Below are positions 41,520-52,349 of a stretch of DNA of 62,881 nucleotides, piece by piece. Position numbers and translations under genes: made by a program. Position 1 is the first letter of the stretch. The number at the start of each line of letters is the position of its first letter. Under the pieces are notes generated by a model. That model was not told the origin of the DNA and did not search any database. It saw nothing but the letters and a program-made list of their open reading frames with translations. The stretch covers positions 14,453 through 77,333 of the forward strand of contig NZ_LAHA01000035.1 in the NCBI RefSeq assembly GCF_002608075.1, in the 5' to 3' direction. This DNA comes from Nostoc linckia z4 (GTDB lineage Bacteria; Cyanobacteriota; Cyanobacteriia; Cyanobacteriales; Nostocaceae).

Positions 41520-43979
41520 TTGACAATAGTCAGTACTCTATCTGCCTCCGTTTGTGATGTGCGGGGGTCTTTTGCTATGAACAAGCAGGCTGCGAAAATT
41601 TTTTATCACCATAAATCACAGGCATCAGTAGCAAGTTTTTTTACTTTTACTGCCGTGTCTGCTCCCTTGGCAATCTCTTTGATTGCTAATCCAGTGTTGG
41701 CTCAATCATCGAATGCTAATGTTAATACTTCTTTTCCGGTTCCGCAATCCATTCCTAGTGGAACACAAGTGCGGATTAATGGTACAACCAGCATGGAAAA
41801 GATTAATCAAGCATTAGCGCAGGAGTTTCAAAGCAAGTATCCTAATACAAATGTCACCACTGGATATGATGGAACAGATGCGTCTTTGAAAGCATTGCCA
41901 AATGGACAGATTGATTTAGCGGCCATTGGTCGTTCGTTAACTGACTCGGAGAAAGCCCAAGGGCTTGCAAGTATTCCCATTACTCGGAATAAAATTGCGG
42001 TAATTGTCGGCAAGGATAATCCATATATCAACAATCTGACTTCTGAACAATTTGCTCAAATCTTTCGGGGTGATGTTAATGACTGGTCACAAGTAGGGGG
42101 TTCTGCCCACAGAATTCGCTTGATCGATCGCCCAGAAAATAGCGACTTGCGGCAAGCATTCCAGAATTATCCTGTTTTTCAAAAAGCTCCTTTTAAAACA
42201 GGTAAAAATGCGATTCAAGTTTCCGCAGACAGTACAGAAGCGGTAGTCAAAGAATTAGGGACAGATGGTATTGGATATGCGATCGCCGACGGGGTAATCA
42301 ATAACCCCAATGTAAAAATTGTGGCACTACATAATGTTCTGCCCACCGATACCCGTTATCCCTTTTCTCAACCTTTGGCTTATGCCTACGATAAATTTAA
42401 TCCAAGTCCTGCTGCCACGGCATTTTTAGGCTTTGCTACTGCACCGGCTAATGGGGGAATCATTGAACAAGCCAGGGTGAACAATGCCAACCAAACAGCA
42501 TCCACGCCTACAGGAGCAATTCCTCCCACCACTCGGACTGTAACACAACCCCAACGTGAATCTTCATGGTGGTGGTTATTGCTGATTCCTTTACTAGGTG
42601 GATTATTATGGTGGTTAAGTCGGCGCAACGCAACTTTAACCCCCACTGGAGTTGCTACACCTGTTTTAGGGAGCGGCCAAACCTCAGAGAATCGTATCGT
42701 CCTCACACCTCGAAGTTGCAGAGATGCCTATGTTTACTGGGAAGTTTCCAATCAAGTAAAAGAAGATTTGCAACGGCAAGGTGGACGTGGTTTGAAGTTG
42801 CGTCTTTATGATGTCACTGATATTGACGACATAGACCGGCAAACACCACATAGCATGAAGGAATTTGATGTAGATGGACAAGCGCGAGATATTCACCTGC
42901 CCATCGAGCTAGATAACCGGGATTATGTTGTTGAGCTTGGTTGTTTGAGCAACAATAATCGCTGGTTAAACATCGCTCGTTCGGCGAAAGTGCGAGTTCC
43001 TGCTTGCCAACCGGTTGGCGTTATCCCTACAGTGGCAAGTGGTGTTGCGGCTGCTTCTTTAGGGGACAATAACTCCATAACTACAAAAGATGAAGGTCGT
43101 GTAATTTTAGTACCTCGTAACTCCCAAGATGTCTATGCTTATTGGGAAATTCCCGAAGCACGCAAGGCAGAACTGCAACGCCAGGGGGGAAGACAGTTGG
43201 CGCTTCGTCTTTATGACAGTACAGGCATGGATTTGGAACGGCGGAGTGCCCAAAGTTTTCGGCAGTTTGAGTGTGACGAATCAACACAAGATTTACACAT
43301 TCCCATTGCCCAAAGCGATCGCGACTATGTGGCAGAATTAGGATACATTACTGCCAATGGGCATTGGCTAAAAGTGGCTGAGTCAGCACCGATAAAAGTT
43401 TCATCCACTGTTAAAGAAGGTAGTGCCGTCACATCCTCTGATGGGGCAACTAACTTGCCACAGTTGCAACGGAGCGATCGCACATCTAACCCAATTGTTG
43501 ATGTCAGAAATAGAGTTAACGAAACCATTGCAGAAACTACACCTATGGTAGGAGGCTTGGGAGCCACTGCTCACTCACTTTTAGGCAGAAAACAAGGTGA
43601 TGGCTTACAAACACCTTTAAGCGATCGCTCGACCATCAAAAGAGATTGCCGGATTATCCTAGTACCTCGCAACACGAAGGATGCTTATGCCTACTGGGAA
43701 ATTGCAGATGAGTACAAAGCAGCTGCCCGCATACAAGGCGGACGCAGATTTATCCTGCGAATTCACGATGTCACAAATTTAGACATTGAACATCAGTCGC
43801 CCCATAGTACTCAAGAATATCCATGCAATGAACGCGAACAAGACAAACACGTGGCCATTCCAGCAAGCGATCGCGATTATCTTGCAGAAATAGGTTATTA
43901 CACAGATGATGGCCGCTGGCTGAGTATTATTCGCTCCTTTGACGTTCACATACCATCCAATAAGCTGTTGAGCATTTAA
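41520..43979 (+). CDS. Membrane-anchored protein: PstS-like periplasmic phosphate-binding domain plus three about 150-aa DUF4912-like repeats
   Basis: N-terminal PBP type-2 pattern (GTTSMEKINQ...IDLAAIGRSLTDSEK). W-rich TM segment (WWWLLLIPLLGGLLWWL). Three repeats of ILVPRN..DAYAYWEI...QGGR.L.LR.YDVT...DYVAELGY...W. Confidence 0.55.
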   Translation: MTIVSTLSASVCDVRGSFAMNKQAAKIFYHHKSQASVASFFTFTAVSAPLAISLIANPVLAQSSNANVNTSFPVPQSIPSGTQVRINGTTSMEKINQALAQEFQSKYPNTNVTTGYDGTDASLKALPNGQIDLAAIGRSLTDSEKAQGLASIPITRNKIAVIVGKDNPYINNLTSEQFAQIFRGDVNDWSQVGGSAHRIRLIDRPENSDLRQAFQNYPVFQKAPFKTGKNAIQVSADSTEAVVKELGTDGIGYAIADGVINNPNVKIVALHNVLPTDTRYPFSQPLAYAYDKFNPSPAATAFLGFATAPANGGIIEQARVNNANQTASTPTGAIPPTTRTVTQPQRESSWWWLLLIPLLGGLLWWLSRRNATLTPTGVATPVLGSGQTSENRIVLTPRSCRDAYVYWEVSNQVKEDLQRQGGRGLKLRLYDVTDIDDIDRQTPHSMKEFDVDGQARDIHLPIELDNRDYVVELGCLSNNNRWLNIARSAKVRVPACQPVGVIPTVASGVAAASLGDNNSITTKDEGRVILVPRNSQDVYAYWEIPEARKAELQRQGGRQLALRLYDSTGMDLERRSAQSFRQFECDESTQDLHIPIAQSDRDYVAELGYITANGHWLKVAESAPIKVSSTVKEGSAVTSSDGATNLPQLQRSDRTSNPIVDVRNRVNETIAETTPMVGGLGATAHSLLGRKQGDGLQTPLSDRSTIKRDCRIILVPRNTKDAYAYWEIADEYKAAARIQGGRRFILRIHDVTNLDIEHQSPHSTQEYPCNEREQDKHVAIPASDRDYLAEIGYYTDDGRWLSIIRSFDVHIPSNKLLSI

Positions 43980-44020
43980 TCAGCAGTCATCCGCCGATTA
44001 TATCAAGTCATGAATTTTAA

Positions 44021-44560
44021 ATGAGAGAGGAATTAATCATGGGACTTTTTTTTGAGGTTCTCAGTGCCATTAATAATCCCAATCAACGCGGAAATGTTAC
44101 TCAGTTAGAGTCAATTATCAACTCAATTCAACAAGTGGCAACTAGTCGAGGCATTCAACCATCTCAAATGCAAAATATTATGTCAGTTGTGGGTAATATG
44201 CTTCGTCCAGTACTTAGGCAGCAGCAGTCATTACCGGATGGAAATCAGTTACAAAATCTGATTAGTCAAGCTGGTAGTACTAGCACCAGTGGAGTGGGAA
44301 TGCAATCTTTACTCTCACCTCAGTTGCAGCAGCAAATTGTTCAAACAGTTTCCCAAACAACAAGAATCAGCCCGAATGTAATTGACGCTATTTTGCCCAC
44401 AATCATTTCAGCCGTACAAAGTATGCTCAGTATGGGTTCTACCAGTGGTGGATCTGTAAATTCAAATTCTATTTTGCATACTTTTTTAGATAGCGATCGC
44501 GATGGCGACACCGACTTAAGTGACGTTCTGAGATTTGGCGATCGTTTTCTTCATCCATAA
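44021..44560 (+). CDS. Hypothetical Gln-rich protein with a C-terminal Asp-rich (DSDRDGDTDLSD) motif
   Basis: ORF only. An EF-hand-like acidic loop is possible. Confidence 0.3.
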   Translation: MREELIMGLFFEVLSAINNPNQRGNVTQLESIINSIQQVATSRGIQPSQMQNIMSVVGNMLRPVLRQQQSLPDGNQLQNLISQAGSTSTSGVGMQSLLSPQLQQQIVQTVSQTTRISPNVIDAILPTIISAVQSMLSMGSTSGGSVNSNSILHTFLDSDRDGDTDLSDVLRFGDRFLHP

Positions 44561-44840
44561 TATACATACTGGGTTGCGATAGCGATGATTCCCACAGCCA
44601 TTGCACCCCACCCCTTGACAAGATGCAGCTGGTGAATAGAGGATGAGACCCCTCGTCGAGCCACAAATTGGTTTGTAGAGACGTAGCATTGCTACGTCTC
44701 TACATAGGGTGGAATGACTTCTGCAAGAAGTCAATTGTGAAGTTATTTTGCTGGTAATATAATATACGAAGTTTAATCCTTAACAGGTTATACAGTTGAA
44801 CAGATAGTTACAACTAATAATCTTATTTGTTAATAAACTT

Positions 44841-45488
44841 ATGCAGATAAATCAAGTCATTGAAACCTACGATCGCGGTGCGGTGGATTATGACGCAATC
44901 ATGAAGCGTTACTGGCACATTGAACGCGAACCGCTAATTGCTTCCTTACAGCTTCAGCCAGGACAAACCGTACTCGATGCTGCGGTGGGAACTGGTCTTA
45001 ATCTTAGTGCTTATCCCCAAGGAGTACATGTTGTCGGTGTCGATCTTTCTCATAAGATGATCGATGAAGCACGTGAAAAAACTGTATCCGCAGACATCAC
45101 CTTCAAGGTGTCGGATATCTGCAATTTAGATTTTCCTGATAATAACTTTGATGCAGCAGCATCGGGATTTACCCTGTGTGTTGTTGACGATCCCGTTCGT
45201 GCTTTGGAAGAAATTTTAAGAGTTACCAAACCTGGTGCTTTAATTGCCATTCTTGATTATTGCAAATCACGAGATCCAGAGATTGCAAAATGGCAAGAAT
45301 TAATATCTGATGCAGCCTCACAACTAGGTTTTCCCACTGACAAAATCAAGTGGAATGCATTGATGGATTATGACGAATTAATTTACAACAGTAAGCTGAA
45401 CATTGAAGTGCTGGTAGATAATCGCATAGAAAGTGCCAACCCATTTTCATGTGGTTGTCAATTACTATTGAAAAATTCCAAAGTTTAG
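44841..45488 (+). CDS. Class I SAM-dependent methyltransferase
   Basis: Motif I VLDAAVGTGLNL, post-I acidic residue and motif II-like DAAASGFTL. Confidence 0.6.
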   Translation: MQINQVIETYDRGAVDYDAIMKRYWHIEREPLIASLQLQPGQTVLDAAVGTGLNLSAYPQGVHVVGVDLSHKMIDEAREKTVSADITFKVSDICNLDFPDNNFDAAASGFTLCVVDDPVRALEEILRVTKPGALIAILDYCKSRDPEIAKWQELISDAASQLGFPTDKIKWNALMDYDELIYNSKLNIEVLVDNRIESANPFSCGCQLLLKNSKV

Positions 45489-45674
45489 AAACTATTTATA
45501 ACGTAAATCTTAACTAGATGCGTTACGGCTGAACGCCTGACACACCGCCATACAAGATGGTGTGTTAGGCGCTTAGTTCATATTTTTCTTAACGGGGAAC
45601 AGGGAACTCTTAACAGACTTTGCTGTTGCCTGTTGCCCGTTCCCTGTTCCCTCTCCCGAAGGGAGTTGACAATT

Positions 45675-46061
45675 CTATACCTGTAAAAGAATTCGTGCTG
45701 CAATACCAGTCACATGATGAAGTGCATCTAGAAGTCTAGTTTCGTTTTCAGGTTTTTCTAATTCTTTATTCAAGGAATTAATACTTGCTTTTAAATCTGA
45801 TTGAAGCCTTTCAATTTGACCAGCAATTTTTTCCAAGATAGCATTCTCTATCTTAGCTATAGCGACAATTAAATCTCCTCTAGCTTGCACAAAAGATTTT
45901 GCTAAACACAAATTGGTTTCTGATGTGCAAATTAATATAACTTCTTCAAGAGAACCAAGCTTGAATTCAACATCTCTGAGTTCTTCAAGTAGTTCTTCTC
46001 TAAGAATATCAATTGGGTTTAGGCGTTCCGGAATAAAAGTAGACATTTTTTCGATCCTCAA
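45675..46061 (-). CDS. Small coiled-coil protein; paralog of the 46214..46597 product
   Basis: Heptad-rich. C-terminal ...GIAARILLQV parallels ...GIVSRIVLLAR in its neighbour. Confidence 0.4.
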   Translation of the reverse strand: MRIEKMSTFIPERLNPIDILREELLEELRDVEFKLGSLEEVILICTSETNLCLAKSFVQARGDLIVAIAKIENAILEKIAGQIERLQSDLKASINSLNKELEKPENETRLLDALHHVTGIAARILLQV

Positions 46062-46213
46062 AAATTACAATTATTAATGCTTAAAGGTAAGTTGATAGTA
46101 CTTACGCATTGACCGAAAATTCCAAATGTGAATGAGTTTAAAAACCATATCTTTCGTATGGGTTTAGCATTGCTAAACCCAAACTAATTAGCTGATATAT
46201 ACCTTGAATATTC

Positions 46214-46597
46214 TTATCTAGCTAAAAGAACGATTCTTGAAACAATACCGATTACCCGCTCTATAGTTTGCAAAACTGTGATGGTATTTTCTAATTTTGC
46301 TAGCTCTTTTTTTAAGTTAGCAATGCCTGATTCTAAGTCTCCATTAAGTTTTTCAAGTCGTTCTGCAATACTGCCTATTGATGCATCTTGTAGCTTTCGT
46401 TTGCAAAGTATATAATCTTTTCTGGCTTCAAGATATCTTTTCCATTTAACTTCATCTTTATCATTTTCAAATTCTTTTTTAAATTTTAAGAATGTTCTAA
46501 CAGAATCTAAATCTACTTGTGTTTCTTCTAATTCTCTAAGCCGATTGTTTCTGATGTTATCTACATTAGTTAGACGACTAATAATTAGACTTGTCAT
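46214..46597 (-). CDS. Small coiled-coil protein (paralog of 45675..46061)
   Basis: See the paralog. The start abuts the stop of the upstream lipoprotein gene. Confidence 0.4.
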   Translation of the reverse strand: MTSLIISRLTNVDNIRNNRLRELEETQVDLDSVRTFLKFKKEFENDKDEVKWKRYLEARKDYILCKRKLQDASIGSIAERLEKLNGDLESGIANLKKELAKLENTITVLQTIERVIGIVSRIVLLAR

Positions 46598-46599
46598 AT

Positions 46600-47475
46600 T
46601 TACTCCTTGGTTTTTAATGTTTCAATTACAGATAAAAGATCTTCAATGTCTGTTAGTAATGCGTTAATCCGTCCACTACTAGACCGACCCTCTACAAAAT
46701 CTTGAAATATGTTTTGAAAATCTCCCAGTGCTTGACTTGCATTTTCAAGTTCTGCGGCAGTGAGTTCTTGAGTTAATAGTTCTCTGCGAGTAGCTATCCA
46801 TGTATCTTCATCAGCGATGGGTGTGGGTTGGAGCAATGGGTTAATGACAAGTCTTAGTTCTTGTCTATCTTGAATTCCCTTTAAATCACCTTTAATTTGA
46901 GTACTCAGAACATTGAGTAACTCTTGCTGTGTCTTTAATTCAAGCATAATAGTCTGATTGCGTTTTTGCAGTTCTTCTTTAAGAGCGCCCCGAATCTTAG
47001 AACTGACGATTAGTTTTCCTATACCTTGAAAAACCTCTTTATTTTCTATTAAGTTGCTTTCTCGTAAGGTCTGACCTATTGTATTTAAATTATCTACTAC
47101 CCCTCCAATAGCAGTTTGTGTTCGCTCAGGAGCATCAGACCCAGCTAAGTCCTGTAGTAATTTAAAATACTTACTCAGCAAGCTGTTGTGTTTTTTGAGC
47201 CGATTAATTAAGTCAATTCTATTACTATCTGAATCTGAAAATTCATTGTAATCATCAGATGTTTGATTATTTTCTCTGTCTTGTAATAAAAGTTCTTCAG
47301 AGCTTTCGTCAATTCGAGTTACAACAGCTAGATCTAATAGTTGGTTGAGAGCTTTGGAATAATTAGTTCCTGCCTGTGCTAGTTTTTTATATTCGTCAGT
47401 GGAACGACAAGCACTCAAACAAGTTGTGGCTATTGCTACAGCAATTATTATTGGAAAGTGAATTTTATTTTTCAT
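46600..47475 (-). CDS. Putative lipoprotein with coiled-coil regions
   Basis: Signal peptide followed by a lipobox-like LSAC. Helical, heptad-rich remainder. Confidence 0.45.
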   Translation of the reverse strand: MKNKIHFPIIIAVAIATTCLSACRSTDEYKKLAQAGTNYSKALNQLLDLAVVTRIDESSEELLLQDRENNQTSDDYNEFSDSDSNRIDLINRLKKHNSLLSKYFKLLQDLAGSDAPERTQTAIGGVVDNLNTIGQTLRESNLIENKEVFQGIGKLIVSSKIRGALKEELQKRNQTIMLELKTQQELLNVLSTQIKGDLKGIQDRQELRLVINPLLQPTPIADEDTWIATRRELLTQELTAAELENASQALGDFQNIFQDFVEGRSSSGRINALLTDIEDLLSVIETLKTKE

Positions 47476-47551
47476 CTATTGTTTTCAAAGTTGCCCAAAA
47501 ATTATCGCATCAAATGTAGTTTTTGATTGAAAAATAGTAAAATAGATTAAA

Positions 47552-49222
47552 TTATCCATTTTTTAAATTCAGAAAATTTTGTCGAATCCACAATCTAAAT
47601 ATGCGTTTTAAAAGCCACTTTGTTAAGGGTTTTCCAATAAATATCCGGACATTCAGCTTAATAAAACTCCATAACTTAGATAAACGAGAACCATTATTTT
47701 TCATATCAAGCGGTTCTAGCCTGTCATTGATTAGATCCACCAAAGATTCTAAACGGAAGCTTAACTGATTTACAATTTCTTGACGTGTTTCTATGTCAAC
47801 CTCTGCCATTAACCTTCGTAATTCTGCAAGTTGATCTCGTTTGATGGCGTCATTATCTTGTAGTTGTTCTCCTTCTGGTGAACGAGGTTTTGCTAATTGA
47901 CTTAACTCTTTTTTTGCTTCATCCCAAGTATTTAAATTTTTATCGTTAACCTTACAATTAACTATCCACTCAAGAGGTGGCATTTTATTAAGTTCAAGGT
48001 TGAGTAAATCTTGGAGTTGACTCTTTGCTTGAAGATTGGACAGTTCAAATTGAGTGCGTTCCCGACCAATGTTGTAATCATAAGCCCGGAATTTCTTTTC
48101 AAGAAATCCAGCAAAGGCTGAGAAGACATCGCCAATTAACTCAAAGTCATTAGCTGTAATGGAAAATACTGGAGCATCCATTTCTTCCATAATCCAATCT
48201 TGGAAGCGAGACTGGTGAAAAATTGAACTCAGCAATGCAATTCCTGTTACCAAGAGATCGTTATCTTTTTTGATAAAAGGATTTTCGGGTAATTGGCGTT
48301 GACCTGGTGCAATATAAAGGTAATATCTTTTATCAGATAAATCTTGATTTTGATCGATGCGATCCACGAGGAGTTTAGCCATACCAATAGGCTCATTTTC
48401 AAAAACTCCACCATCTGTGTACAGATACTCCTCATTACGATCGCGACGCTTACCAAATCCACCAAAACGTCGAATTTTCCGAAGTTTAAAAGCGAAGGGA
48501 AATGCACCAGATGATAGACCGGCTTCGCGTAACTCACTCCAGTTAGTATCTCTAAGTTTTTTCCATTCTATTGACTCGCGTCCTGTTCTTGGATCTCTTA
48601 TTGTCTCTCGATCTATTTCATCAAGCGTCACATTCCCAAATCCATCGCGACGAGCTAGACACACAAATTGATCCTTATAACGGGTATATGCAAACTTTAG
48701 TGTTCCTTCTTTTCGGCCTTCACGAGCGTAATCAGTTGTAAGAGGGAAAGTATAGCCAGACAAGTTGGACATAGCTATACCAACATAAATCTCAGACGCA
48801 GCAGCCGGATGCTTTTGGTTGATTTGAACACGATCTTGCAGATATTTATTCCCAATTTTTTCAACAACTGCTGTTTGTAAAAGTGAGTATTTTTGATCTT
48901 CTTTTTCAACTTTAATTAATTCCCGAATATCAACTTCATCAACCCATGCATTGTAGAGTGGATTATTATATGGTTTGCGTAAAGACTGGTCTGGACGAAA
49001 GGGTGCAGGCTGATCGCCACAAAGAAGATGTTGGACTAAAATACAAGCCGTCATCCCACCCGCCGAAGCACCTGTAATTACATCAATTTCAATGGGTTCT
49101 TCATGATTTTTTATATCTTCGTTATGTCTGGCGATCGCTTCCAAAATTTCATACATAACGCCAGCTTCATAACTGCCAAGTGATACTGCTCCACTGATAA
49201 CAACGGCAAGCTTTTTGGGCAT
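47552..49222 (-). CDS. Patatin-like phospholipase with a C-terminal about 200-aa extension
   Basis: Gly-rich oxyanion loop (VVISGAVSLGSYEAG), GxSxG nucleophile (ITGASAGGM) and a downstream catalytic DGG (YLYTDGGVFENEP). Confidence 0.7.
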   Translation of the reverse strand: MPKKLAVVISGAVSLGSYEAGVMYEILEAIARHNEDIKNHEEPIEIDVITGASAGGMTACILVQHLLCGDQPAPFRPDQSLRKPYNNPLYNAWVDEVDIRELIKVEKEDQKYSLLQTAVVEKIGNKYLQDRVQINQKHPAAASEIYVGIAMSNLSGYTFPLTTDYAREGRKEGTLKFAYTRYKDQFVCLARRDGFGNVTLDEIDRETIRDPRTGRESIEWKKLRDTNWSELREAGLSSGAFPFAFKLRKIRRFGGFGKRRDRNEEYLYTDGGVFENEPIGMAKLLVDRIDQNQDLSDKRYYLYIAPGQRQLPENPFIKKDNDLLVTGIALLSSIFHQSRFQDWIMEEMDAPVFSITANDFELIGDVFSAFAGFLEKKFRAYDYNIGRERTQFELSNLQAKSQLQDLLNLELNKMPPLEWIVNCKVNDKNLNTWDEAKKELSQLAKPRSPEGEQLQDNDAIKRDQLAELRRLMAEVDIETRQEIVNQLSFRLESLVDLINDRLEPLDMKNNGSRLSKLWSFIKLNVRIFIGKPLTKWLLKRIFRLWIRQNFLNLKNG

Positions 49223-49751
49223 TAATTTCCCTCACTTCATGTCTAAAAATTTAGAATAAACGGAATTTTTTTGTATAAATGCTTTTTTTGGGCAGTTTTT
49301 TAACACTTTTCCGTAGATTTCCTGATTGTATCAGCAATTATTTTTTTTAAAACTACAGATGTATTAAAAAATATTACACAGATGGTAATTGAATTTTAGA
49401 ATTTTTTTATATCTCTGGACATAGAAAAATAAGATGCCGCTCTGGAACTTATTTGCCAACAAGCATAGATAAATCAGGTTTAAAATATTCTCTAATGAAA
49501 TAAATAAAAAGAGTCTTGGGTTACTACATCCAAAAAAGCTGCTTTAGTAGATGTAAAATATAGCTAGAGGTAATTTAATAAAGTTAAAATAAATAAAGTT
49601 TTCTTTACACATGAATGCTTTTCAGACTAAAGCCAGTATTATTCTTAATAAAAAACAAAAAATATACATCAAAGTCATCAAAATTTTTAATTTATGAAAT
49701 TGTGGTGCGTTGCATTTGAGAACAAGACACCACAATCTACATCATTTAGTT

Positions 49752-50549
49752 TTACAAATGATTTTTAAACAATTCTAAAACATGTTGCCAAGCATCAGGA
49801 GCAGCTTCAGGATTGTAACTTGGATGTTGTTCCATAAATGGGTACTTATCTTTGAAAAATCCGGCGAAAAATCCGTGCCCGGCATCGTATCTAAATACAC
49901 GATGATTGATTTGATGTTTTTTTAATTCTGCTTCAATTTGTTCAGTTTCCTCCTGAGAAATAAATGTATCTCTTGTACCGAAAAAGGCATAAATAGTACC
50001 TTGAATTTGTGAAGTGCGATTAATAGTTGGAGTTTCTTCACCATAACTAGAAGTGGTAATTCCAGCACCGTAAAACGAAGCTGTAGCTTTGATATCCGGG
50101 AAAGTTGCAGCGATGTAAGCAACATGACCGCCAAAACAAAAACCAACGACACCAATGGCATCATGTTTAACATTGGGTAAAGTTTTTAAGTAGGCGATCG
50201 CCGCTTGAATATCACTTAAGATATCTTGATACTTTACTTGTTGATAGTATTCCAATCCCAGCCGATAGGCTTCTGGACTAAATCCAACATCTTCAGCACT
50301 AAGATCCGCTGCAAAACCAGGAGCAATCCGTTGATACATCGCGGGAGCTATTACTACATAACCTTGTTTAGCAATTAATTCAGTGATGTCTCGAATGTTA
50401 TTATTGATGCCAAAAATTTCTGGAAAAACGATAACGGCGGCAAAGGTTCCTTCATGTGCTGGTTGAGCTAAGTAAGCATCAATTTCTAAGTTATTGTTAG
50501 GTATTTTGACTTTTGCGGTGTTAATTTCGATGTTTGTGATTTCTACCAT
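49752..50549 (-). CDS. Dienelactone hydrolase-family alpha/beta hydrolase
   Basis: GFCFGG nucleophile-elbow region, plus conserved His and Asp positions (YDAGHGF). Confidence 0.65.
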   Translation of the reverse strand: MVEITNIEINTAKVKIPNNNLEIDAYLAQPAHEGTFAAVIVFPEIFGINNNIRDITELIAKQGYVVIAPAMYQRIAPGFAADLSAEDVGFSPEAYRLGLEYYQQVKYQDILSDIQAAIAYLKTLPNVKHDAIGVVGFCFGGHVAYIAATFPDIKATASFYGAGITTSSYGEETPTINRTSQIQGTIYAFFGTRDTFISQEETEQIEAELKKHQINHRVFRYDAGHGFFAGFFKDKYPFMEQHPSYNPEAAPDAWQHVLELFKNHL

Positions 50550-50948
50550 CTTTTTTCAGGTTATTTGATACCAACTTTTCTATTTTGGCTGTTTTTTGAC
50601 ACGGATGATAAACTGGCATTGCATTTAAGTCAGAAATGTTTTGGTGTTGATTGTTGACTGATGACGGTTGACTGTTGACAGTATGAGTGAGTGTATAATT
50701 TAAAAGTTTAATAATCTGCAACAAGCTAATTTTTTCCGTTTACACAGCAACCACAAGCTAGACGGTCGTATGATAAATCACACAACCAAGGCATGAAAAT
50801 ATTTATTTCTCAGTCAACAGTCAACATTGAATTTATAACTTTTGAATAGACAACATCTCGAACTTCTGGATGATACTAAGGGTTTTTGATTTGTGCGACC
50901 TTACAAAGGTAAGCATAAAGACTCAATATTAAGAAGCACAAAAAAACT

Positions 50949-51488
50949 ATGCCAGATCAAACATTTAGAGCAAACATACCAGAAGTTGACCCAACGGAGA
51001 TTGAAGATACTCGAACTGCCATCGCTGACGAACATCGTTCATTTTTAGAAAAAGTCATGGTGAAAGGTGGGTTTGCAGACATCTATGACGCCAGAGACTT
51101 TACCGAAGTTGTGTTTCGCGTCATGCGTGATTTGATGACAACAGAAGCAAGCGATCGCGTCGAGGGAGAACTGCATAAAGAAGCCGTATCTACCGATGAA
51201 AAAGCACTCCAGTTTGATATTGCCGATCTTTGGAAAGATACCAATCCAATTGTGGGATTTTTAAGCCGAGTTCGTCCACCCTGGCAAGGCCCTGGAATTT
51301 TCAAAATCGATTCCGATCGCTTTTTGTTCCGAGTTGCTAATGAAGGGGGCAAACCAGAAACAGTTGACCGAGAACAGGCAGTAAAAGCCGTATTTTCTGC
51401 CACCAAAGACGAACTTTCCCAAGAAAGAATTGAAGAAATTGCTAGTTGGCTACCTGACTATGTACGTCAGCTTTGGCAACAAGCTTAA
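50949..51488 (+). CDS. Hypothetical protein (possibly DUF2267-like)
   Basis: Weak resemblance only. Confidence 0.3.
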   Translation: MPDQTFRANIPEVDPTEIEDTRTAIADEHRSFLEKVMVKGGFADIYDARDFTEVVFRVMRDLMTTEASDRVEGELHKEAVSTDEKALQFDIADLWKDTNPIVGFLSRVRPPWQGPGIFKIDSDRFLFRVANEGGKPETVDREQAVKAVFSATKDELSQERIEEIASWLPDYVRQLWQQA

Positions 51489-51555
51489 TTACAAGTGTGA
51501 AAAAGTCAAGCCTGTTTGCAGTTGACGATAATTGCAAGCAGACTTTTTATATAAA

Positions 51556-51924
51556 TCACTCCGCAGACTTCACCGTTTGATTTGCCACCAAGCGTGGTTT
51601 CTTTCGTTCTGACTTACGCGTTCCACCAGCCATACCATATTCATCACTATTTTTGCCATAGCGAGACGCAACACTCAGCAGCATGTGTTCAGAATAATCA
51701 TTCAACACACGTTCAGCTTCTTCTAATGCATTCTGCGTTTTATCTATCATCGTTCGTGCTTGATTATGGGCGGCTAGCTTTTCTCGCAAATCCTGAATCA
51801 TAGTATTGTAACTAGTTATTGATAACCCATTACCAAAATCTAAGTCAGGCTTAATCGCCTGCATTCCTTCAACCCGTCGTTCAGCTTTCGTCAGTGCAAC
51901 TGAGTTTCGTCTGCGTTGCGGCAT
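51556..51924 (-). CDS. Hypothetical protein; paralog of the 36699..37124 gene
   Basis: See the paralog alignment. Preceded on its strand by the 20-bp tandem repeat array at 52121..52298. Confidence 0.5.
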   Translation of the reverse strand: MPQRRRNSVALTKAERRVEGMQAIKPDLDFGNGLSITSYNTMIQDLREKLAAHNQARTMIDKTQNALEEAERVLNDYSEHMLLSVASRYGKNSDEYGMAGGTRKSERKKPRLVANQTVKSAE

Positions 51925-52120
51925 AAAGTTTTCCTTTTTGGATTAATTTATAAAGAACGCTAATGTTCCTTGACACTGAGTTCTTTATATACCACTAAAT
52001 TACGCAATTAGCAGATGCACCAGCCTGAGTAAAGCTACATAATTTATAGAACATTCACAATACAGCATAAATACGGTTATATTTGCTGAAATTTTTGAAT
52101 ATTAAGGGATTTACGACTTG

Positions 52121-52298
52121 AAAACTTGATTTAGAAGTCCAAAACTTGATTTAGAAGTTCAAAACTTGATTTAGAAGTCCAAAACTTGATTTAGAAGTTC
52201 AAAACTTGATTTACAAGTCCAAAACTTGATTTACAAGTCCAAAACTTGATTTACAAGTCCAAAACTTGATTTACAAGTCCAAAACTTGATTTACCAGC
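52121..52298. repeat. Tandem direct repeat, 20-bp unit (aaaacttgattta[gc]aagt[ct]c), about 9 copies
   Basis: Units start every 20 bp from 52121 to 52281. The first four have tagaag, the next four tacaag, and the last is degenerate. Confidence 0.9.
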
Positions 52299-52349
52299 AA
52301 GCTGTTGCACAGCACAGCCTAAATTAGGGATGCGATCGCGCTTATTTTC

